A stretch of DNA of 64,000 bases from the NCBI RefSeq assembly GCF_001194135.2, contig NC_068982.1, positions 109,094,912 to 109,158,911 of the forward strand, given 5' to 3'. A model generated the notes under the pieces. It was not told where the DNA came from, did not search any database, and was given only the letters and a program-made list of their open reading frames with translations. Position 1 is the first letter of the stretch. Every line of letters starts with the position of its first letter. Of this stretch, positions 1 through 12,290 are shown piece after piece. The DNA comes from Octopus bimaculoides (Eukaryota). Made by a program: the position numbers and the translations under genes.

Positions 1-37
1 GTGTGTATATGTATGCATGTATATACATATGTCTATA

Positions 38-68
<31 letters not shown>

Positions 69-480
69 ATACATATGTCTATATATATATGTATGTGTGT
101 GTGTATATATATATGTGTGTGTGCGTGTGTATATATATTTATATACATGTGTGTATATATGTATATACATATGTGTGTATATATGTATATACATATGTAT
201 GTATATATGTATATACATATGTGTGTGTATATACACATGTATGTATATATGTATATACATATGTGTGTGTATATACATATGTGTATATATGTCTATACAT
301 ATGTGTGTATATATTTATATACATATGTGTGTGTATATACATGTGTATATATGTATACATATATATGTATACATGTATATATATATATATGTATATATAT
401 ATGTGTGTATTTATGTATATACATATATACATGTTTATACATGTGTGTGTATATATAGATATATGTACATACATATGTGT
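1..480. repeat. Compound (TA)n/(TG)n/(CA)n microsatellite
   Basis: Continuous TA/TG/CA dinucleotide mosaic; the source of the overlapping low-complexity ORFs at the window start. Confidence 0.97.
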
Positions 481-810
481 ATTTCACGATGTCGTGCAGC
501 TACTGTTTATACCTTGCTCAGAGATTTATTATTTATATATATATATCCTGTCAAACCACCCAACCCATGCCAGCATGAAAGTCAGATGTTAAATGATGAT
601 GATGATGATGATGATGATGATGGCGTTCATTTAAATATATTTTAACTGAGAAATGTAATACAGATTGTTTTAAATCTGTATTAATTTTACATCCTTTCAG
701 TTACCCTGTCTCTACCCCAACCTACATTGTGAGAAACTCATATATGTTTTTCTTAATTAAGTAGCTGACTAGCATATTTATGAAGAGAAAAGATGATGAT
801 AATGATGAGG

Positions 811-842
<32 letters not shown>

Positions 843-1875
843 CATTATTGTTGTTGTTGCAGAAATAATATCCACCCATACTCTGGCTGCAGCATCTCTA
901 GTTGGAAATTAATATAGGGAAAATGCTTTTGTCTGTTATGTTGTATTTCTGTTTTAGTTGCAAAAATGGATATGTTGACTATATTGCCTTTGGCCTAACG
1001 TCAATTGTTGAAAACAGTATAAATCAACTGTTATGGTAGCAACTGTTTTCTTTTTTTTACTTTGTCTTTATTCAAATGCAGAGTTTTATTGAAACTCTCA
1101 TGAATTATTGAATACAGTTCGTATAAATGTTTATTTTTATAATATGTTTGTAAAACCACTTTCGGCTTAAAGTAATTATGATTTTTACCTCAAAGGTTTG
1201 TATGTAGTTTTTACTTTATTAATATTCTTGCTCATTTAAAAATAGCATCTAATGAGCAGTGATAACTGATAGATCAAATTGGCAGACTCAGACTCAATAG
1301 TTTCCAATGATCTATAGGCGGTAAGCTAAGTTCTTATGTGAAGAGCAACAAACAACTTCTCATAATCTACTTTAAAAGGTTCCCCATTTCATTTTGAAAT
1401 AACTGATATATGAATTACCAACCAACTGTTGAAAAAAGAAATTAAAGAAGCAATTATTCCAAGAATTTATTGATAGTTCAAAAAAAAAAAACAAGGCTTT
1501 AGTCAGCAATTGTTCTGGTCATGTGTAACTTAACACTATTATTTAATTCAGGAATGTTATATGTAAATATCATTTCCATTGCCCATTGAAGCAAGTAATA
1601 GCTATCCTCAGAGATAGTCTGGTCTAGCTAGTCTGTCTAAGATTTAGTGAAATTGGTTTAGGTGCACTTTAAATGTGTTGGGATTATGATAAACAAAGCT
1701 TGTGCAATAGATTTGAAGAGATTATGCCATAAAATGTTTATGGGAAGTGAATGGGATTTTGCTAAGGGATGAATAAACTGAGGTCAAATACTTCTAGAAA
1801 TATATTACTCAGATCAGTGATGGCAAATTTTCCACATTGCATAATTCATGATGTGCTTTCATCATTTTTGCTGAA

Positions 1876-1878
1876 CAT

Positions 1879-1915
<37 letters not shown>

Positions 1916-2290
1916 GTTTAACGTCCGCTTTCCATACTAGCATGGGTTGGCCGATTTGACTGAGGACTGGTGAACCAGATGGCTGTACCAGGCTCCAATC
2001 TGATTTGGCAGAGTTTCTATAGCTGGATGCCCTTCCTAACGCCAACCACTCCGAGAGTGTAGTGGGTGCTTTTAACGTGCCACCGGCATGAAAGCCAGTC
2101 AGGCGGTACTGGCAACGGCCACGATCAAAATGGTGTATTTTATGTGCCACCTGCACAGGAGCCAGTCCTGCGGCACTGGCAATGAACTCGCTCGAATGTC
2201 TTTACACGTGCCACCAGCACAAGTGCCAAGAAGGCGACGCTGGGCGCAGGTGCCATCATGATTTCGCTTTCGCTTGCCCCAACAGACCTT
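1876..2290 (-). mobile_element. 3'-end fragment of the RTE LINE family (non-autonomous or truncated) with (GAT)n tail
   Basis: Matches the 3' UTR of the RTE copies at 29196-29640 and 61305-61780 (ctggatgcccttcctaacgccaaccact core; catcat tail on +). Related tails at about 550-625, 6575-6760, 9330-9660, 44800-44860, 53240-53300 and 55850-56020. Confidence 0.85.
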
Positions 2291-3186
2291 TGCAAGCAGA
2301 GTTTTGTGTCCAATGAAGGAGATGACGTTGGCAATATTTATAATCATTCTTTGTTGGCATGGGTTGTACAATTTATTACAGTCTGTGTCTGTTCTTATTC
2401 AGAGTTAGTGCCAGCCAAGATTTATCGGAGGACCATGCATTACTAACACATGTCATTTTTTTGGCATGGTTTCTCGGGCTGGAGGGGCTTCTTATCATCA
2501 ACAATCACTTCACAGAGTATACTGGGTAATATTTATGATGGCACCAGCATTAGAGAAGTTATTACAACCTCAGCGAGACTCTCCTCCCTACCCTACATTG
2601 TCTATAATCAATTTGCCCACAGCTTTACAGAGTGTACTGAGTGCATTTTATTGTACTTTATACGACTTAAAATGTACCCATTACTCTAAAAAGAGTGGAT
2701 AATGACAAAAGAATTGATAAATTACTGGTGCATTATTTTGTTTTTATGTTATACAATATTTCAATGCAATACTCTATTTTCTTTCAATGCTATTTTGAAC
2801 TACAGAATAACATCTATAGATTTTTAGCCACCACTGTATGTATAGGGCAGATATAAACACCTCTTTATATACAATATTGTTATGGACAGAAGTTGAAACC
2901 TGCCTGGCTGGTCCTTTTTTTTTCTGCCTACAGACATATTGTTTATTAGGACAAGATGTTTACATCTGTTTATTGTAGACAGTGTTGGCTAAAATTTACA
3001 GTAACATTCTGTAGTAATATAGTATAGCAACAAAGATTGAATTGGATCTGTCATTATTTATATTCTTGTAAGTGACCACTTCAGAAGCACAAATTTTATA
3101 CTTTTTTTTTGATTAGTGTAGGGCAATCATTTAGGACAATAATGCCCTGACAGCCAGAAATGTATGAACATACATATACATACATT

Positions 3187-3226
<40 letters not shown>

Positions 3227-4487
3227 CTAAATAGCCCTTGTTGCCGGGCAATTTTTACAATAGAATGTCTTATTCTAAATTTTTGTTTCTTCCATGTCAG
3301 ACCATACCTTCCCTCTTGATCAGGACAGATTTGTGCAATTTTTTGCGGAAAAAACCTCATTGAGGATTTTTTCTTTTACAAATTATTTACATGTCTGTTT
3401 GACCATTTCACATGACTTTATTCATTAAAACATCTCATGGCCATAGCTAGGTATGATGCCATCTTGGTATTTTCTATACTAGAAGATGTCTGTCAGCTTC
3501 ACACTTTATAACTGGCATCAATATTGAATTATTTTTTTTTAACAAGGGTACTTAAATGTCATGACAAAGTTTTGATGTATGTCATAAACAAGATTCCTAA
3601 ATTTCATCCAGATGTTTGCTTTAGGTAGCCCCTGTCCTGCTGGAAGACATATTTGGCTGTTAACGGGAAATTTACTGTGTTATAAGACATAAGCTATTTT
3701 TGATCTCAACACTTTTTCAAACACATTTTGATGTATGAATTCAGTGAAATTGGCCTGGAATTCTTTTGGCCAAGACTCATTTTTCTTTTTAATTGACATT
3801 ATGGATTGAATTGTTGAACATAAACTTTGGTGAGAGGCTTTTGCTCAAGATTTATTGTGATAACACTGTTTTAGAATTGGAGCAATATATTGAAAATAAT
3901 TACGACATTTCATCAAAAATGATGATATGGTATTTTGACGGTTCCAGACCTTTAACTGTGCATTGTAGACCAACAGTAAACTACAACTCTATATTTTCAC
4001 ATCCACACAAACCATACAACTATGTGCCTTGCACTAAACTCTGTACTAAACACTACCCAATCTGTCCAAATCTATATCTCTCTGGATTAGCCATTTAGTT
4101 AATATTTTCCTCTTCATTATATAACCTTTTCTTGACAGTTTAACTTGTTAGAAATAGTAGCTAAACCTTTGTCATGGTTCATTCTATTGAGAACTACATC
4201 TTTCTGAAGTAGTCATTTGGCTCATGTTTAACTCTTAAACATATGACTTCTACTTATAGCTTGACTTGTTTGAAAAATAGTAGCCAGTCTCCCTCAAATC
4301 ACATGTTAGCTAATGTAGTCCTAATGGTAGTCTCTCATGTCTGAGAAAGATGGTTCCGGAATTTTCTGCAGAACAACCTGCTCAGTTAATTTGTTTATAG
4401 TGATCAAATATTTATTGCTATATTTTGGGACGGTCGTTCTTTTTTTCTTACCAAATAGACACATGCACTATATATTCATTCTTCACT

Positions 4488-4887
4488 TACTCTTTTACTC
4501 TTTTACTTGTTTCAGTTTTTTGACTGTGGCCATGCTGGAGCACCGCCTTTAGTCGAGCAAATCGACCCCAGGACTTATTCTTTGGAAGCCTAGTACTTAT
4601 TCTTTCGGTCTCTTTTGCCGAACCGCTAAGTTACGGGGACATAAACACACCAGCATCGGTTGTCAAGCGATGTTGGGGGGACAAACACAGACATACAAAC
4701 ACATACACACATACATATATATATATACATATATACGACAGGCTTCTTTCAGTTTCCGTCTACCAAATCCACTCACAAGGCATTGGTCGGCCCGAGGCTA
4801 TAGTAGAAGGCACTTGCCCAAGATGCCACGCAGTGGGACTGAATCCGGGACCATGTGGTTTGTAAGCAAGCTACTTACCACACAGCC
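4488..4887 (-). mobile_element. tRNA-derived SINE, young full-length copy
   Basis: On the minus strand: A-box-like tggtaagtagcttgct, B-box-like ggttccggattcagtccc, body ...ggatttggtagacggaaactgaaagaagcc, internal microsatellite, and a short tandem tail (gtaaaaga). CpGs retained. Head and body recur elsewhere in the window. Confidence 0.85.
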
Positions 4888-5714
4888 ACTCCTACGCCTT
4901 GTTTATTGTTTTTATTTTATCTTATGTCCATTGTCTAGAAATCTTTCATCACACACCTATGTGTTTATTTGGCAAGAAAAAAAAATGACCATCCTGAAAT
5001 ATAATAATATTTGTTTCAACACATGATTTCATATCAGGAATCTTGCAAAACAAATTCATAAAAGATTACAAATACTTAAGCTACACATAACTCACTTGTT
5101 CCATAAAATTGACATTGTTTGTGTCAGTGCCACATGTCAAATGTCAGAGTTGTTAAAGAGCAACAGGAGATGAAGTGTCTTGCTCAAGAACATGAAACAT
5201 CCCCAATCAAGTAATCAAACTCATGATCTCATGGTTGTGCACACACCCTCACTAATGTAGTCCTAGATACCTTCAAAAAGACAGGATGATTAGGGCTGGA
5301 ATGCATTTAATCATGTTTAATAACAAGAAGTTATAATTCAAAATGAATATTAATCGTTTCAACCCCACCCAAGTATTTTCATCTACTTCTCAGCTGAAAA
5401 AATTCCAAATTCTTAGGAAGTTTACTTGATAGAATGTTGGAGCCCAACATTCTAAAGTTGTCAATCCTTTAAAGATGAATTTTAACCTTTGTAATTAAAA
5501 TGTGTGGTTGTATGTCTACTTTATCTCTTAAACATTCTCTCTTCCCCTGCCTCTCTCACTCACTCACTCATTTTCTTATTTTTTTACTGAGGGAAAATTG
5601 ACAGAATTTTTCTACTTATAACATTTTACATATAAATCAAAACATTTAAAAATCTAATATGAGATTGATGTTATTCATGTAAAAGCTTCAATGAAAGAGT
5701 TCTTTGCCTTTAAG

Positions 5715-5762
5715 GATAAGAACTGGTATCAAAGTGAGATCAAAGAACTGGAAGGAAAGTGA
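5715..5762 (+). CDS. Possible terminal coding exon of an unidentified upstream gene (DKNWYQSEIKELEGK*)
   Basis: Acceptor ttctttgcctttaag, 15 codons then TGA, and AATAAA at 5839-5844. Protein not recognised and upstream exons not found. Confidence 0.2.
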   Translation, partial: DKNWYQSEIKELEGK

Positions 5763-6116
5763 CATGATGGTCTCTAACATGATGGCAACATGATGGCCTC
5801 TACTTTGAATGTTAGGCTGCTTTTGTTGTAACTTGACAAATAAAGCAAATAAGATACTAAAATATTGTTAAATTTTTGACTCAAGACAGTATAATTAAAA
5901 ACCTCCTGGGTGTTTGGAAGAGCCTTCTATACTCCAAAAGTTAGTGGCTGTAGATGATGTTGACATATTATATTTACAAATTGTATTACAAACAAAAGCT
6001 ACTCAATGTTTATTGTAGCGCAAATATTTGTTGTAAACTTGAGTACTGTTCTATTACTTACTGAAGTGTTAGCAATTAAAAGTCACTAAGTAAATACACA
6101 GAATTATATATCTATT

Positions 6117-6196
<80 letters not shown>
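6117..6196. repeat. (GA)n microsatellite
   Basis: Near-pure GA run of about 80 bp. Confidence 0.97.
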
Positions 6197-6197
<1 letters not shown>

Positions 6198-6905
6198 GTG
6201 GGGGAATGGAGGGTGAGAGTGATTTCACTAGAAATTAAAAACTTCTCAAGCACCATCTGCATTATCTCTTTAGCATTCAGATCACTAATCAAACATTACT
6301 ACTTAGCTTTGAAATTTTGATGATGCGATTATTTATTTTAGACTGTCTGTGTAGAGTAAGTGTGAGAGGCCAAATCTGACCAGTTTGAACATAAAATAAT
6401 AAAACAGGTAGAATATTTGGGCTAGGTACAACTGATTTAAATGTTAAAAGGTTAAAGTATTTTTAATGATTCTAGCAAAATCGGTACTCAGGTAGTGTTA
6501 CAGAGATTATATTTTCAATTAGCACCAAGCAGAGTGCTACATGTTATTAAAGTATATCATCAGCATCGCTGTCATCATCATCATCGTCTTCATCATTTGA
6601 TGTCTGTTTTCTATGCTGGTATGGGTTGGACAGTTTGACAAGATCCAACAAGTCAGAGGACTGTGTCAGGTTACAATGTCCGTTTTGGTATAGTTTCTAC
6701 AGTGTTAAGAAGAGCGGCATGCCCTTCTTATTACCAATGACTTTCTAGAGAGCACTGTTTATTTCCTTGACATTAACATTAGTGAGGTTACAAATGTAAC
6801 ATGTGGGACTAAGATCTCTGTTGGCTGATTGAAACTAGAGAAGAGAGGCAAGCAGCTTTGTGCTAGGTGTTAAGAGCTTAAAGTATAAAAGGAGCAGCAG
6901 CCATG

Positions 6906-7672
6906 TACAAAACTTATTTTCTGTCTCACAAGACTTGTCACAATTACAATTCACATGAATATAATACTCCAATTAAAACTGCTCTGAGTCACATGCTATA
7001 TTAAAACTATATAAACTTTTATTTCTGTGATATAACAGAGTTTCTGTTAATCACATAAAATCTAGAATGCTATAATGAGCAAATAAAGTTGTTTAACTAT
7101 TGATTGTATTGATTTAGTACAATACAATGTTGAGCTGAGACGTCTGTAGGCAAAATGTGGACAGAGTATTTAGGACAAGATCCGAGGTGTTGTAGGTTAT
7201 ATTGTTTTGCCTGTACATACTCTATTGCAGTTGTTAGTGAACTATTTAAAAGTTATAAACTTTGGTTGTGTGAGCTGTAGAGGGATTTATCTAGGAAGAT
7301 AGTTTTGGTCACCCGCTTTGCTATCTCAGATAGGTTAGGGCGTTGTACCGTTTCACCCTAACTAGAACTAGTGGATAAGTTAGCCGATATGGTTTACTGG
7401 AAGTTCAGACAGATTGTGCTGGCGAGAGGAGGGACTGGAATACATTTGTACTAAATCAATACAATCAATAGTTAAACAACTTTATTTGCTCATTATAGCA
7501 TTCTAGATTTTATGTGATTAACAGAAACTCTGTTATATCACAGAAATAAAAGTTTATATAGTTTTAATATAGCATGTGACTCAGAGCAGTTTTAATTGGA
7601 GTATTATATTCATGTGTAGTTATGTGAATTGTAATTGTGACAAGTCTTGTGAGACAGAAAATAAGTTTTGTA
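6906..7672. repeat. Long inverted repeat (fold-back): arms 6906-7122 and 7446-7672, spacer about 323 bp
   Basis: The reverse complement of the right arm equals the left arm over 217 bp except for a 10-bp insertion (tagttatgtg) in the right arm. Outer ends read TA-CAAAAC...GTTTTG-TA. Confidence 0.95.
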
Positions 7673-7740
7673 ATCAGGATCTGTGAATAAGTTTTGGGTA
7701 TTGAGCCTGTGATTGCATATTGTCAGGAATTCTTGGATAA

Positions 7741-8260
7741 AGTTTAAAAGTTGTTTTTGTTATCGATTGTGTTTTTTACTTTATCTATACTTCATAAGTT
7801 TGATATTTTGTAGCAGAGAAAAGTCGGTAATAAGAACAAAATCAAATGGTGAAAATAAAATGAGAAACACAAAACCTAGAGTAGCAGAATTTGACCGACT
7901 CCACTCAATCACTCATATTTGTAGTTTTCCTTTCGCTCTTACGCTCACACTTTCAAATAATAAAATCAACAAGTTACGAATTGATTAAAACAAGGGAGGT
8001 CACTATCGTAATATTATACCATAGTAATGTCCCTTCGTAAGAGCTTTTTTTTTGTGTGTATGTATATAATTTGCATGAGGTGTTTGTGTAACATTGCGTG
8101 ATTCCATATCCATATTTTATGTAAAGAATTTAGAGTGCAAAATTATTATTTTTCTTTTTTACTGTTTCACATTTATGTGTCCGTACTCGTGTGTTAGATG
8201 TTATTCGTACAAATGCGGAGTTGCTCTTTCCTGACTGCTCTGTTATGGCGGGGAATTATA
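7741..8260 (+). promoter_or_regulatory. CpG-retaining region; putative promoter and non-coding first exon of the ATP8B gene (candidate donor C|gtaaga at 8037)
   Basis: 14 CpG in 520 bp by hand count, against about 2 in 9701-11280. No repeat signature. Lies 3 kb upstream of an ATG exon that has its own splice acceptor. Confidence 0.45.
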
Positions 8261-8874
8261 ATCTGTATATTGTTATTAGAACACAACAGCATTCATGCCT
8301 TGCCCAAGGGTAAATACATACAACTTCTGTAATGAAGTTTGAACTCAAGACAATGTGGTCAGTAGGTCATCACGTTAAACTCTAAATTTGATATGCTTAT
8401 TATACTTCGAATTGCTTGTGCCTATATTCCCCACTTATGAATTGTTAATACATTATTTTTTGTAAGTTTTAGTAAAATTGTTCTGAAAGTCCAGGTGTTT
8501 GCATTTATCTCAGCTTACTGTGAGACTTAACTGTCCTTAGCTAGTTTGTAGTTAGCAATAATATTTTAATTTGCTTTTGTCTTTAACTGATGAGCTGCCT
8601 TGCTATTGTGCCAATGTTCTGATTATATAATAGATATCATCATCATCATTTCACCATCCATTTTTCCATGCTTGAATGGGTTCGAAGGAATTTATTCAGA
8701 CAGATTCTCTACAGCCTGATGCTCTTCTTTTCATCAGCCCTCACCGATTTTCAAGCAAGGTAACATTTCCTCATGGCCAGACATATTTTCATGGAATATT
8801 GGAAAAGAATGACAGTGACTATCATTTGCAACTATTGGGCTGTGTCAAGACAAGGTCTCTCTCTCTCTCTATCT

Positions 8875-8919
<45 letters not shown>

Positions 8920-9184
8920 AATCACACACACACACACACAGGCTTCTTTCAGTCTTCATTATATTTGAACGATCATTGTAATTGTTTTGAGAGTGTTTAA
9001 TTTTGTTTTGCACAAAAATAAACATCAATAGCTAATATAGAATTATGGGAACAAGTTTTTCTGTAGAAACATTTCCATAACAAAGATAAGTTTAAAGCAT
9101 AATAATATTAAAACAAAGAATAAAATATATATAGACTCAATTTATACATGAACAATTGAACTTGAGCATTTCGGTTCAATGTCT

Positions 9185-9235
9185 CTCTCTGTCTGGGTAA
9201 CCTCTCTGTCTGGGTAACCTCTCTGTCTGGGTAAC
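9185..9235 (+). repeat. 17-bp tandem repeat, 3 perfect copies (ctctctgtctgggtaac), inside an RTE-tail repeat
   Basis: Units at 9185-9201, 9202-9218 and 9219-9235. Confidence 0.9.
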
Positions 9236-11299
9236 CATATACCTCCTCTACAGCAAGACTTCTGTTTTCTGTCTCTCTGTCACACTCTAATCTTTCATCA
9301 TATGATACAAGATCATCTCCTCCAATGCCCCACCCCTCTCAAAGATTCCTTGGTGACACTACTAGTGCAGGTGCCACTTAAAAAGTACCCAGTCCACACT
9401 GTAAAGTGGTTGGCATTTGGAAGGGTATCCTGCTGTAAAAACCATGTCAAAATTGATCTCACCTGTGCAAATGCCAAGTAAAAAGCACTCAGCTCACTCT
9501 GCAGAGTGGTTGATGTTAGGAAGGGCATCCAGCCATAAAAACCATACCAAAACAGACATAAAAACATGGTTCAGGCTCCTGCCTGGCCAACTTCTGTCAA
9601 ACTATCCAACCCATGCCAGCATAGAAGAATGACGTTAAACGATGATGATGATGATGATGATGTTCAGCTCACAAAATGACCCATCTGTTTGTGTTGTATA
9701 GCAATAATAGTAACTGATGATACTTTCATTCTCTGTGTATCTTTTTTACATTTTTGTGGGCAGGACAAACAGAGAATATGACATACTGCCAGTTATGTTA
9801 ATGCATCAAGTATATATTTCTATTAGTATTTACCTTTCATCTTTTTGGTGTCAATAAAATAAGTACCAGTCAAGTATAGGTGCCCCATTTAGAAATCAAT
9901 TTTGAGATAATTATACTAAATATATCATGCCCTGAATGATGGAACGAGGAGAATATGGAAGTTGTAGGTATTATAACTAAGTAAGCTTCTTAATTTATGT
10001 AGCTGTGTTTGGTCATGTGTTGGGCCATAATTTATTTCTGGTTACTTATTGTTCTGCAACTCCTGGTTAGTTTTTCCCCAAGATGTGTACATCCTGGTTT
10101 TTAGGATAAGCATACCATATCCTTTTGTGCTGTAAGGGGCAACAAGAATGGTTGTTATCAGGAAGACCATCTAACCATAAATCTCTCCTCCTCAAAATCC
10201 CATGTGGCTTTTGAGGAAGGGCTGATGTAAAGATAATGATGTGACTATCTTGTCTCCCTAGATATTAAGGATAAGACAGTTCAAAATATACTTTCTTTTA
10301 TCAAGATGGTAGAATGTGATTTAGGGAAATTTTGACTACTATTTCTTGCAAGTCAAGTGAATACAAAAGAAGCAAATTTTTTTTAAGGGGAGTGTTCTGT
10401 GGGGAGTGTTGACTTATTTGTTGATTGTAATCTTAGTGGTGATTGTATATTTATATTAGTGGTCACTGTATATTTATATTAATGTTATCCCAGCAAATAT
10501 AAGGAAAATCTAAAGTGTGCAGTGTTATATGAAACATTCCTTAAAAATAATAAGCTACTGAGAAAAGTTAAACTTAAGAAAGAACAAGCATACTTCAACT
10601 TTCTCTGTTTTGAAAAGTAATATCACACATTAAGTGACTTGATTGTAAAGTGATACTTATTAAAATATATGTATTACAATCTAAAGTGAAATTCCTTAAA
10701 ATATTAATTTAAACACTTTACACTGTGTCAAAGTAAATTTTGGTTTTGCCTACTATAACATCTAATTTTTTTTCTTTTTGGCATGAAAACTATATTGATT
10801 TATTTTGAGATGCTGAGTGGTAATAATAATAAGCTTGGGGCTAATTAGAAATAGTGCTAATTAAAATGATTATATCTAATTAATAGTAATGTTAAGCACT
10901 ACACTTGATGATGATGATGCTTAGTATTTTCCTAGAAAAAAAAATTAAAACATTCTATCAAAACCTCAATCTAAACAGTAAGACATGACGTAAGTAAAAT
11001 CATTGTAAACAATGCCCCTTTGTAAGAAGTTTGAAATATTTAAATGTTTTTTTATAATGCCTTACTAACTTTAAATTCTATCTTTTTCTCTGGCCTATGA
11101 AAAGCCTCACACCAATAAAAGAACATTTAATAGGAGGAATTTTTAGTTTTTTCAAAATCAGGAAATGGAAGAACTCTTTGCTTTCTTGAGATACAATCTT
11201 TGATGATCAGCTTATTTATTATATATTGTTAAATCTATATTACTAGTAAGTTATTAATATTTATATTTGTTTTTCATTTTCAGAGGCAGTTTTTTGACA

Positions 11300-11330
11300 A
11301 TGTGGCCATGGAAGAAGGAAAAACCACCAG
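11300..11330 (+). CDS. ATP8B: ATP8B-type P4-ATPase, first coding exon (exon 11284-11330; MWPWKKEKPP + phase-1 G)
   Basis: Acceptor ttttcattttcag ends at 11283, ATG at 11300, donor CAG|gtatat at 11331. The phase-1 end joins 39112 to make GAA (E). KKEKPPELERR resembles the ATP8B2 N-terminus KKRPPEEERR as I recall it. Confidence 0.8.
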
Positions 11331-11867
11331 GTATATTTTATCATACATTGCACCCTCCCGAACTTTTCATATTCTAACAGCAGTTGTATTTTTTTTACAA
11401 TCTTAAGAAGTATATAAGTTCTTCTAAGGAAGTTCTGTCTTTAATGGTGTTTTATATATTCTTATATTTTTTTCTGGTATCAACCATTTGGCTGTAGCTT
11501 TGATGGGGCTCAGCCATATGGGATATTTGAGTTGGGAATTGCTTAAGAAAAGTTGGCTATTAATATAAACAACTGGTTTTACATGAAAGACATGAAAAGA
11601 ATGTCTCCTCCTTTAGAATGAGACATGGTTGAGTTGTAGCTACAAAATATTGTAAATTCATTAAACATGTCATGTGTTGAAGCTGTAAAATAAAATATCC
11701 AGTTATAAAACATCTGAGAAATTAAATATCTTATTTTTATATATTTAGTCAATATGTACATACAAAAAAAAAAGCAAAGCAAAAACAAGCTTCCCTCTCC
11801 TAAATCAAAACAAATAAAAAACAATGGCAAAAACAGCAAAAAACAATAGAAACGTTTTCAGAATAAA

Positions 11868-12290
11868 AAGGCATAGCTGTGTGATTAAGAAGTTTAATCT
11901 GCAACCACATGGTTTCAGGTTCAGTCCTACTGTGTGGCACCTTGGTCAAGTATCTTCTATTATAACCTCTGGCTGATCAATGCCTTGTGAGTGGACTTGT
12001 GCGATGGAAACTGAAAGAAGCCCATCATATATATACGTATGTGTGTGTCACTATATGTGTGTGTTTGTATCACTTTACTTATCTTGATGTTGTATGATTG
12101 TTGTAAATGAATGTCATTTATTTCCAATATTCTGCACCTGTCTGGCATGGGAGGATTATTACCTTGCTTGGAAACAAGTAAGGTTTAGTGACATGAAGGG
12201 TATCTGGACTTAGAAAATCTACCTCAATAAACTCCAGCTGACCCAAGCAGGCATGGGAAAATGGGTGTTTAAATGATGCTAATGATGATG
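11868..12290 (+). mobile_element. tRNA-derived SINE (same head family as 4488-4887) with RTE-like (GAT) tail
   Basis: gtgtgattaagaag...ggtttcaggttcagtcctactgtgtggcaccttggtcaag...ggaaactgaaagaagccc. Confidence 0.8.

Noticed and set aside
1-645. Long overlapping ORFs rich in C/I/Y/V/M/H/T
   Set aside because: Translations of a TA/TG/CA microsatellite. The same applies to ORFs at 22055-22417 and 60441-60919.
701-1045. Acceptor-like sites at 700, 862 and 957 with short open frames (e.g. IISTHTLAAASLVGN*, CKNGYVDYIAFGLTSIVEN)
   Set aside because: They do not chain into a consistent frame and I recognise no protein.
4800-4887. tRNA-like A/B boxes
   Set aside because: These are SINE heads repeated many times in the window; no cloverleaf or anticodon arm could be built, so no tRNA gene is called.
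9185-9235. Short direct-repeat arrays (17 bp x3 here; 15 bp x3 at 38061; 12 bp at about 59166) as possible CRISPR-like arrays
   Set aside because: Head-to-tail repeats with no spacers, in eukaryotic transposon context; ordinary slippage products.
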